From Candidatus Zixiibacteriota bacterium (lineage in GTDB: Bacteria > Zixibacteria > MSB-5A5 > GN15 > FEB-12): a stretch of 50,920 nt of DNA. Below, in pieces: positions 38,385 through 46,262 of this stretch. The stretch is from the NCBI GenBank assembly GCA_041742355.1, contig JBGSIV010000216.1, positions 1-50,920 of the forward strand. The letters run 5' to 3'. The notes beneath the pieces were generated by a model that saw nothing but the letters and a program-made list of their open reading frames with translations, had not been told where the DNA came from and searched no databases. Positions within the stretch are counted from its first letter, which is position 1; every line of letters begins with the position of its first letter. A program made the position numbers and the translations under genes.

Positions 38385-40096
38385 GCGCCCCGGATCAACA
38401 TGCGGTAAACATCCTCGTCGTCGACGACGAGAACATTGTCCTCTCCCTCGTGCGCGATGCCCTGGAAGACGAAGGCTTCCATATCGACACCGCCGCTTCG
38501 GGTGAAGAGGCTGTCGAGCTCCTCCAGCGGCAGCCGGTCGACCTGCTCATTACCGATATCCGCATGCCCCACATGGACGGCACCGAGCTTGTCCGCCGCG
38601 CCCGCGAACACCACCCCCACATCGGCGTCATCTACATGACCGGGTATGCTAATCTCAACTCGGCCAAGGACGCCATCAAGCAGGGGGCTTTCGATTACAT
38701 CCTCAAACCCTTCGAACTCGCCGAAATCCGGCAGGCTGTCCGCAAAGCCGCCGAGAAACTCCGCGAACTCGTCGGCAAGGATTCCGACGAACAGCTCGAC
38801 AAGCTCTCCGATCTCAGCCAGATGCTCGTCACTGTCGGTGACCGCAAGTCCCTGGCCACCGTCTCCCTGCGCTTCGCCATGATGCACTTCGACGCCGCCC
38901 AGGGGGCCCTCGTGCACTGGGATCGCGAACGCACCTCGGTCGAGAGCATTACGCTGTCCGGCGACCAGCCCCTTGAAGCCGTCTGCTGCGATCAGAGTGT
39001 CATAGATTTCATCCGGGCCATCGACCCGGCGGCGTTTCGCCAGCCCGTCGTCATAGCCTCCGCCGGAGAGCACCCGCTCATGACCGGCCCGGTCGCCCCG
39101 GAAGTCCGCATCGCCCTCCTGCCGTCGTGGTTCGACAGCGGCGCCTCTATGGTCGTCATGCCCATCAGCCGCGCCGGCGTCCTCTACGGCATCATCATGA
39201 TCAAAAGCACCCGCGACTCCGCCACGCTTAGCGGCGCGGACATAAAGCTCCTCGACGTCGCCGCCGGCCAGCTCGCGGTCTCCCTGGAGAACCTCTTCCT
39301 TCTGGAAGAAACCCAGTCGGCCTACGCGCGGCTCAAGGAGATGCAGGACGAGACTATCCAGCTGGAAAAGCTCGCCACCCGCGGCGAAATGTCCGCCGAG
39401 ATCGGCCACGAACTCAACAACTTCCTCGGCGTCGTTGCCGGCAACATCTCTCTGCTCGAGTTCCACCTCAAGAAGACGGGGGCCGAAGGGGTTGAGAAGT
39501 TCATGACCGCCATCCAGACCAACATTGAAAAGATGAAGCAGTTCACGAGCAACCTGATGGACCTCACCCCGATCGCCTCGAAGAAGGAGACGATCTACTT
39601 CGAGCAGTTGCTCGCCGAGGTTATCGACTACCTGAAACCGCAGAAGCGGTTCCGCGGCGTCACGATCGACCACACTCCGTCCGATGAGTCCATCCCCTTC
39701 GACGCCGACAGCATCCATATCCAGCAGCTCCTGTACAATCTGTTCAACAACGCCGCCGATGCCACGCGGGGGTGCCCGAAACGGCACATCACCGCCCGTA
39801 TCGAACACCTTCCGGACGATACGAATTTCCGTTTCATCGTCACCGACTCCGGCGTCGGCATTGAACCCGAACTGCTCGCCAAGGCTTTCGAGCAGAAGTT
39901 CACGACGAAACCCGACGGCCACGGTTTCGGCCTGCTGGTCTGCAAGCGCATCATCGACTCGCACAACGGCCGCCTTCATGTCGACAGCACCCCAGGCAAG
40001 GGCACGACAATCAGCATCAGGTTTCCGCTGTCGGGCGCCGCGTTCACCGACGCCGAGGAGAACACGACGGCCAGGATACACGTTCCGGTCGGCTGA
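38381..40096 (+). CDS. Cytoplasmic hybrid kinase (REC, GAF-like, HisKA, HATPase)
   Basis: LVVDDE/TDIRMP/KPF receiver; EIGHELNN; NLFNNA; DSGVG; GHGFGL. Confidence 0.92.
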   Translation: MSAPDQHAVNILVVDDENIVLSLVRDALEDEGFHIDTAASGEEAVELLQRQPVDLLITDIRMPHMDGTELVRRAREHHPHIGVIYMTGYANLNSAKDAIKQGAFDYILKPFELAEIRQAVRKAAEKLRELVGKDSDEQLDKLSDLSQMLVTVGDRKSLATVSLRFAMMHFDAAQGALVHWDRERTSVESITLSGDQPLEAVCCDQSVIDFIRAIDPAAFRQPVVIASAGEHPLMTGPVAPEVRIALLPSWFDSGASMVVMPISRAGVLYGIIMIKSTRDSATLSGADIKLLDVAAGQLAVSLENLFLLEETQSAYARLKEMQDETIQLEKLATRGEMSAEIGHELNNFLGVVAGNISLLEFHLKKTGAEGVEKFMTAIQTNIEKMKQFTSNLMDLTPIASKKETIYFEQLLAEVIDYLKPQKRFRGVTIDHTPSDESIPFDADSIHIQQLLYNLFNNAADATRGCPKRHITARIEHLPDDTNFRFIVTDSGVGIEPELLAKAFEQKFTTKPDGHGFGLLVCKRIIDSHNGRLHVDSTPGKGTTISIRFPLSGAAFTDAEENTTARIHVPVG

Positions 40097-40124
40097 TTTC
40101 CATCATCTCTCCCCGTCCCGTAAC

Positions 40125-40157
40125 AAAAAAAGACGACCGGGCTTTCACCCGGCCGCC
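40125..40157 (-). terminator. Intrinsic terminator
   Basis: GGCGGCCGGG-TGAAAG-CCCGGTCGTC plus T7 on minus strand. Confidence 0.75.
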
Positions 40158-40184
40158 GTTGGTCTTCATTTGATCCTGAGAAAC

Positions 40185-42872
40185 CTAGAACAGGTACTGC
40201 ACCATCGCAGTTATATCCGTCACGGTTATCTTGCCGTCGCCGTTCAGATCCGCCGTATACGGCTCCATGGGCGCTGCTCCCCCACGGAACAGCCACGACA
40301 CCAGGTAGGTCAGGTCCGAGATGTTTGTGCTGCCGTTCAGATCGACATCCCCCGCCTGGGCGGTGAGGTCGTCCCAGGCCACGAGTCGTGCGTAGACATC
40401 CGTGTTGCCCGGCAGATCCCGCAGGTCTTCCCACGCTATCAGCGCCCCTCCTTCCACCATGACAACAGTCGCCTGTTTCTGATCCGTGGTGCCGTTGTCG
40501 GAATTAATCATCCGCCGCGTCCCGAGCACATTCCCACCGGGACTGAAGCGGCAGGCCCAGATGTCGAAGTCCCAGTGCTCCCACGAAACGGCTCCTTCCT
40601 TGGGCCTGTGGTAGACGACGACGAAGTCTCCGTTTGGACCGGCGGCGACTACGGCCGGAGAGGACGCATTGTCAGGTTCGCCGATGTTCATCTTGATGCT
40701 GCTGCATAGTGGCTGTCCAAGCGAGTCGATGACCTGAACCCACGGTCCCATCATATTCACTCCGTTGGCCCAAGCGCCAGTCCCCGTGAATCCGATGGCC
40801 CATTGGTTGTCATCATTCACCGCCACGTATGACCGTGCGGTGGAGACAAACTCGTTGTCCGATGCCTGCATATTCCCCCCGATCGGCGACGCATCCGACG
40901 TATACAATTGAAGAACCGGGTATATTCCCGGATCCGCCACGTCGGCCAGGCCCTCCGTCCACACTACGCCGAATGAACCGTCCGGGCGCATCGCAATCGA
41001 AGGTGACATTCTGCCATCGAAATCGTCATTGAACGAATCCGGTTCTCCGCTGTTCACCTGGAGCGTGGCGGTCAGCGGCGAACCATCGGCCGCAAAGCGC
41101 CGCAGATACACATCGTAGGGACGGGCGCTCCACGAATCGATGGTTGTTCCCCGGTAGACGACAACAAAGGTGTTGTCGTCAGCCACCGCCACATCGGCAT
41201 CGAAGTCGCTTGAATTGTACGCCGCGTCGCTGACTATGATGTTGTTCCCCACCGGCGTGAAATTCGGCGTCCCCAGAATCTGGGCGTATACCTTCTCCGG
41301 TACATACCCGTCGTTTTTCCAGGCGGTCCAGACGACCACCGCCTGTCCTGTGCCGTTTCCGGCCACTTTGACATCCCGTATCCAGTAGTCCGTCTGCTGG
41401 CTGATTTGGAACGCGTCGCCAATCGGCTCTCCTGACGGCCACAACCTGCGTCCCCAGACACTCTGCCGGACGCTGGTGCGGTCATCCACCCAGACGGCCA
41501 GCACCGTGCCGTCCCCCAGTGCAAGATCCGGTCCCGTCTGGTTCGAACCCAGATCATCGTGCACCCGTTGCGGCTCTGTAATCGCCTGGCCGGTCGCTTT
41601 GTTAAACACCTGCATCATAATGTCCCCCCGCTGGTCCGCACCTTCGCCGTGCCAGACCATCGCAAAGGTACCGTCGCCCCGATCGGCCGGCAGCAGCCCG
41701 AGAATTTTCCGGTGCTCGGGCCCCGGATCGTACGTAATGACCTCTCCGATTACGGAGCCGTCCAGGGAGAGCCGCTGTCCGTAAAAGACCGAATCCCGTC
41801 CTGAGTGCCCGACAAGCAGCAACTCGTCTCCCATGGCGGCGAGGTGAACATCCACGAAATGGTAACCGTTGTAGGTAAATGACGAGAGGACTTCGTTTGC
41901 CGGCCCGACCGGGTTCCCTGCCGCATCGTACTTTCGCACCACCTCTGCTGACCCGAAGAACTCAAAACCGCTCTCCCACATCTGCCGCATATACCTGCGG
42001 TTCCATGCCGCCATGATAGATCCATCGGCAAGTTTGGTAATATGCAGCCGGCTGGGGCTGTACAGGGAATCCGTTGCGTAGTACGTCGCCGTCTCTATCG
42101 CCACCGACTGAGCCTCAATCGAACCATATCCGAGCAACCACGCCCTGATAGTAGCGTTGCTGCTTGTCGAACCGGCTACCGAGACGACAGCGCGTCCCTC
42201 GTTGTCCAGTTCGACCGCCACCGGTGGCATTACCGTTATCGAATCGATCGAGAGTTCCCCCGACGTCAGACATACAACCTCGCTGGCCGGGGCGCCATTG
42301 GGATCGATCCACCGTGCGTACAGATCGTACTCGCGATTCTCCTGCCAGGCCACACAGATCTGCCCGGCATCGTTGATATCCACCGCGGCGTCGAACGGCT
42401 CGTAGTCTCCGCCGCCGCCACTCCAAGCATCCGACACCTGGATCGGTCCTGCAATCAGCGAGCCGTCACTGGCGAACAGCCACAACGCGACATGATTCTC
42501 CATTCCCGTGTGCTGGGTCGGCGCCACTACCGCCATCATGCCGCTGCCGTTCATCGCGATCTCCGGCCCTCCCACCCACCAGTTGCCCCAGATATACAAC
42601 GGATCCTCGTCCAGGAGCTGATTGCTGCCTTCCCTGACTCCGCTGCGGTACCATTGCAGGTAGCCCTGGGGCGCGCCGGCACGTTGATCGCACCAAGCCA
42701 CCACGAGATCCCCGTCGCCACGGTGAGCGATCGAAGGGCTGAGTTGTTCGAACGTCCCGGGATAGCTTTCCGGATTAACACGGACATCGGCATGAGCAGA
42801 ACCAGGCAGCAACCAAAGGACAGCCGCCGCGATCAAGAGGGCGCTTTGCCCGCTCCACATCCTCAATACCAT
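40185..42872 (-). CDS. Secreted beta-repeat (propeller-like) protein with C-terminal dockerin-like domain
   Basis: GGAGG/GGAG RBS; signal peptide; repeated P.IA...G..VVVW blades; GDVDLNGSTNISDLTYLVSWLF/ADLNGDGKITVTDITAMVQYLF. Confidence 0.8.
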   Translation of the reverse strand: MVLRMWSGQSALLIAAAVLWLLPGSAHADVRVNPESYPGTFEQLSPSIAHRGDGDLVVAWCDQRAGAPQGYLQWYRSGVREGSNQLLDEDPLYIWGNWWVGGPEIAMNGSGMMAVVAPTQHTGMENHVALWLFASDGSLIAGPIQVSDAWSGGGGDYEPFDAAVDINDAGQICVAWQENREYDLYARWIDPNGAPASEVVCLTSGELSIDSITVMPPVAVELDNEGRAVVSVAGSTSSNATIRAWLLGYGSIEAQSVAIETATYYATDSLYSPSRLHITKLADGSIMAAWNRRYMRQMWESGFEFFGSAEVVRKYDAAGNPVGPANEVLSSFTYNGYHFVDVHLAAMGDELLLVGHSGRDSVFYGQRLSLDGSVIGEVITYDPGPEHRKILGLLPADRGDGTFAMVWHGEGADQRGDIMMQVFNKATGQAITEPQRVHDDLGSNQTGPDLALGDGTVLAVWVDDRTSVRQSVWGRRLWPSGEPIGDAFQISQQTDYWIRDVKVAGNGTGQAVVVWTAWKNDGYVPEKVYAQILGTPNFTPVGNNIIVSDAAYNSSDFDADVAVADDNTFVVVYRGTTIDSWSARPYDVYLRRFAADGSPLTATLQVNSGEPDSFNDDFDGRMSPSIAMRPDGSFGVVWTEGLADVADPGIYPVLQLYTSDASPIGGNMQASDNEFVSTARSYVAVNDDNQWAIGFTGTGAWANGVNMMGPWVQVIDSLGQPLCSSIKMNIGEPDNASSPAVVAAGPNGDFVVVYHRPKEGAVSWEHWDFDIWACRFSPGGNVLGTRRMINSDNGTTDQKQATVVMVEGGALIAWEDLRDLPGNTDVYARLVAWDDLTAQAGDVDLNGSTNISDLTYLVSWLFRGGAAPMEPYTADLNGDGKITVTDITAMVQYLF

Positions 42873-43341
42873 GCTCCTCGGCCTCCTGCATCGACAAGTA
42901 GGATCTATGTTAGAATTCGTTATCGACGCCCGAACGCAGCAAACTCACTATGGTCTGCCACGGACGAGGTTTGTAACTGTCCCGCTTACGTATCGAAGAT
43001 GAAAAGCCGAGTCTGGCCAAGCGTAACCCAAAACAGCCCCAAGAGATCCGGCCGGATACCCGGCACACTACCCACAAGATACCTAATCCAGGGATTCTAT
43101 CAAGCGAAATGTGCGACAAATCAGGCGATCATTCGGAGCGTCCCATACGCCGGCCCAACCGGAACCCCGGCAAGGAGCAGCAGAAGCCACGCGCCCTGGA
43201 GCGGTTGAGTCGCTTCACGCTCGGGACCACTGAGCCTTGGCGCCCCCCGAATCAGATTGGAGTCATCCTGGCCGCCGGAGACTTGGTCCGGGATAGAGAT
43301 CCGCACCCCGGACCGCTAGTGCTGAAGTATCTTGATCGCGC

Positions 43342-43920
43342 CTAGAACTTCCGGCTTCCCCGCTGGGTCAGTTTCATCCCCTTCGCACAGAGGGGGCACT
43401 CCGACGGATCCCAGCTCTCTGCGGCCACCGTCGCCAGCGCTTCGAATGGATACTCAAACTTCACCTTTCCGTTCGAACGGTCGAGCATCAGCCGGAGTCC
43501 CACGATATTCGCGTTGTACTTCTTCACCAGGTCGATCACTTCGTACACCGAGGTCCCCGTGGTGAGTACGTCGTCGACAATCGCGACTTTCGTTCCCGGC
43601 GCCAGATCGAACCCGCGCTTGAACACCCGCCCCTTCCCCTCGTCGGCCGCCTCCGCGTAGATCGATTCCACTCCGAGGTACCGCGCGACATCGTACGCGA
43701 GGATGATTCCGCCGGTTGTCGGCCCCACCACGACCTGCACGCCGGTGCCGCGCAACGACTCCGCCATTCGCTCGCAGAGCTTCGTGCAAATCACCGGCTG
43801 TTTGAGCAGCGTGAATTTCTCGTAGTACACATCCGAGTGGCGCCCCGAGGTCAGTTTGAAATGCCCCGTCAGAAGCGCCCCGGATTCCTTGAACAGGTTG
43901 ACAACGTTGTCCTGGCTCAT
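43342..43920 (-). CDS. pyrE: Orotate phosphoribosyltransferase
   Basis: GHFKLTSGRHS, IVDDVLTTGTS PRPP-binding motif; ATG 43920 overlaps acpS stop. Confidence 0.95.
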   Translation of the reverse strand: MSQDNVVNLFKESGALLTGHFKLTSGRHSDVYYEKFTLLKQPVICTKLCERMAESLRGTGVQVVVGPTTGGIILAYDVARYLGVESIYAEAADEGKGRVFKRGFDLAPGTKVAIVDDVLTTGTSVYEVIDLVKKYNANIVGLRLMLDRSNGKVKFEYPFEALATVAAESWDPSECPLCAKGMKLTQRGSRKF

Positions 43921-44291
43921 GAGTCCTCCGTGATGACCGCCACCGCGGCGGCGTGCGTACGTTCGTGGGTGATGGAAATCAAACAGCGGGCTTTCCCCAG
44001 CGCCGCCATGATGTGATCGGGCAAATGCAGGATCGGCTGTCCCATTTCGTCGTTGATAATCTCGAGCGACGCGTAGGGTGGACGTTCGGTGAGGCGATAT
44101 CCGAGCGCCTTGATGACTGCCTCTTTGGCCGCAAACCGCCCTGCCAGAAAGACAGCCTTGTCGTGTCGGCGATTGAAAATTTCGCGTTCGCGCGGACCTA
44201 AGATGCGATCCGCGAAACGGTTTCCGAATCGTTCGAGATCCCGTCCCAGTCGCGTCACTTCCGTTATGTCCAGTCCGATTGCGTGTATCAT
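43917..44291 (-). CDS. acpS: Holo-[acyl-carrier-protein] synthase
   Basis: MIHAIGLDI, LAGRFAAKEAVIKALG, ISITH. Confidence 0.95.
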   Translation of the reverse strand: MIHAIGLDITEVTRLGRDLERFGNRFADRILGPREREIFNRRHDKAVFLAGRFAAKEAVIKALGYRLTERPPYASLEIINDEMGQPILHLPDHIMAALGKARCLISITHERTHAAAVAVITEDS

Positions 44292-44322
44292 ATCTGTTCC
44301 GTTTATTTTTCGAACGCCTTCG

Positions 44323-44351
44323 AACATACGCAATTACCGAATTTCGCGCAA
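44323..44351 (-). promoter_or_regulatory. sigma70-type promoter for acpS-pyrE
   Basis: TTGCGC-17nt-TATGTT. Confidence 0.5.
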
Positions 44352-44367
44352 CTGATCGAAAAAAGTG

Positions 44368-44397
44368 TTGCATACGTTTTAAGACCGTTCGTACAAT
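44368..44397 (+). promoter_or_regulatory. sigma70-type promoter for the ncRNA
   Basis: TTGCAT-18nt-TACAAT with A-tract upstream. Confidence 0.7.
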
Positions 44398-44403
44398 ACA
44401 AGC

Positions 44404-44593
44404 ACGGAGAGAGAAATGTAATTTGAGAACCTCTAACACTGGACTTATGAGGGTTGTCTCTTCTTCGCCGAGCGAACGCCGTGACCCATCTCGATAGATG
44501 GTAGCGAAAGCGATATGCGGGAAGCGGCTGTAAAAAACCCTTAACGTACCAAATGGTGTGAAGTCCTCTCAAATTCCGTGGCTCTCTCCCGCT
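44404..44593 (+). ncRNA. Structured ~190-nt ncRNA, 6S RNA candidate
   Basis: Nested end-to-end pairing GGAGAGAG/CTCTCTCC, AATTTGAGA/TCTCAAATT, GGACTT/AAGTCC, AGGGTT/AACCCT; own promoter and terminator; no credible ORF. Confidence 0.68.
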
Positions 44594-44599
44594 AAATTG

Positions 44600-44628
44600 A
44601 CCGGCCCTCCCGAGGGGCCGGTTTTTTT
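44600..44628 (+). terminator. Intrinsic terminator
   Basis: ACCGGCCCTC-CCGA-GGGGCCGGT-type hairpin followed by T7. Confidence 0.88.
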
Positions 44629-44805
44629 GTGGGCGCCGCGCCGGTCAGCGCCATGCTCCCGCTCCCGCAGTCTTTTCGTATAATAGATTGTTTAACTCCT
44701 CCTTTTCGCTTGCGTCCGCCCGTGCGGCAGCGGACATTACCCGTAACGTCACCCTGCTTTCACCACCGGGCAATTACCGACCACCTCCCTCCGAAGGAGA
44801 CCGCC

Positions 44806-45180
44806 ATGTCAAATGAAACCATGACCCGCACGCTCTATGACCGCCTCGGCGGCCAACAGGGCATCAAGGCGATCGTCCGCGACGTCCTGGACAACCACCT
44901 GAAGAACCCGATCGTCGCCATCCGCTACCAGAACTCCGACCTGGAAAAAGTCTACAACTACGCCGTCGAGTTCTTCTGCATGGGCACCGGCGGCCCGCAG
45001 CAGTACACCGGCCGCGACATGCTCACGATCCACCGCGGCATGAACATCTCCGAGCAGGAGTTCGTGGAAGTCCTCGACGACATCCTGGCGGCCCTGGACA
45101 AGAATGGGATCGACCGCGATACCAGGAATGAAGTGCTGGGAGTTCTCTATTCGATGAAAAGTGAAATCGTCCGCGTGTGA
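44806..45180 (+). CDS. Group 1 truncated hemoglobin
   Basis: AAGGAG RBS; TLYDRLGG, GTGGPQQYTGRDM..IH.GMNI. Confidence 0.92.
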   Translation: MSNETMTRTLYDRLGGQQGIKAIVRDVLDNHLKNPIVAIRYQNSDLEKVYNYAVEFFCMGTGGPQQYTGRDMLTIHRGMNISEQEFVEVLDDILAALDKNGIDRDTRNEVLGVLYSMKSEIVRV

Positions 45181-45270
45181 ACGCGGGCGCCCCCTCAGGA
45201 TGGTCGAGAAAGATGATGGGCTGCTGTTGTGGGTGGAGCGACGCACGCTCACTTCGTGCCCCGGGCCACC

Positions 45271-46068
45271 CTACGGCGTACGGTTTCCCTTTTGCAGCAT
45301 GATCTGCAACTCGTCCGGGAATAGCTCGCGCTTGATCACTTTTTCGTAGTTGATGTCAGCGCCGCTCGGACGAATCGTGATGAAGAACAACTCCTCCCCC
45401 GTTGAGACAAGGTAGAGGCGATCCCGCTCGACCTCGATTACCCCCTCCTCGCGCCGGAACCGCGTGCCCCGGCGTTCCGGGAACACCTTGACCAGTTCCC
45501 GGATCTCCTTGTGCACCCGCTTGAACGCCTTGCGGAACTGCTCTTCCATCGCCTCCGACTTGAAATAGCCGTCGGGCGTCACCGCAAACGCGTGTTCGAA
45601 ATCCGGCAGTGCCTGGAACCGGTCGTGCAGTGACTCCTTGCGCTCGATAGGCGGCGGCGCCGGCTGATACAGCTTCTCCGCGGCATCCTGGCGCGGCGGT
45701 GTCAGATCCGGCAGATCCGGGTACGGCTCCTCCCCGGGTCCATCCATTCCCGGACGTTTCCCGGGAATCACCGTCGGCTCGTTGCGAGCCTCCTCCGCCC
45801 GCTGGAGCGCTTCGCCTGACGGATCCTGAATCAACGACAGCACCTCGGCGTGCTGTCGCTTCATCACATCCTCGGCGAGATTCTGCTCCTCGATCGAGGC
45901 AATCGCGTGTTCGAGCTTTTTTTCGACCTTGTGGAGGACCTGCCCCTGCTTGAGAATCGTGGTCGTGATGCGCGGAAACGGACGGTGCGCGTACTCAGTC
46001 TGCACCTGCAGCTGCGTATCGCCCCGCCTGACCAGCGATGTTCTCCCGGCCGGTATAAAACCGCTCAC
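45271..46068 (-). CDS. Hypothetical protein, possible C-terminal roadblock/LC7-like domain
   Basis: GTG start inferred; QVQTE...QH N-domain, Pro-rich linker, then FAVTPDG...IEVERDRLYLV. Confidence 0.6.
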   Translation of the reverse strand: MSGFIPAGRTSLVRRGDTQLQVQTEYAHRPFPRITTTILKQGQVLHKVEKKLEHAIASIEEQNLAEDVMKRQHAEVLSLIQDPSGEALQRAEEARNEPTVIPGKRPGMDGPGEEPYPDLPDLTPPRQDAAEKLYQPAPPPIERKESLHDRFQALPDFEHAFAVTPDGYFKSEAMEEQFRKAFKRVHKEIRELVKVFPERRGTRFRREEGVIEVERDRLYLVSTGEELFFITIRPSGADINYEKVIKRELFPDELQIMLQKGNRTP

Positions 46069-46262
46069 GACCCGATCATCCTTTCCACTCTGACACAACC
46101 GAGGCGGGCCGCCGATAAGGCGCACACCCGTCCGCCGACTCGAGGTAACCCCGGCAATGAATGCGCCGGCGACCTCCGCGTCAAGATACTTCCCCGGCCT
46201 TCGAAAACGCACCTCCGCGCCCCCGAAGGGCTCTCGGGCTATCATCCCCTATATCGGAAGAA

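Noticed and set aside
43100..43330. tRNA-Sec or other RNA gene downstream of pyrE
   Set aside because: No T-loop or cloverleaf on either strand; only isolated hairpins.
44406..44497. Mini-ORFs in the ncRNA (GGAG...ATG TAA; MRVVSSSPSERRDPSR)
   Set aside because: The putative RBS and starts lie within the paired rod; no coding signal.
44480..44530. c-di-GMP-I riboswitch inside the ncRNA
   Set aside because: Only superficial similarity; lacks GGCAAAC, a GNRA loop on the stem and the P3 motifs.
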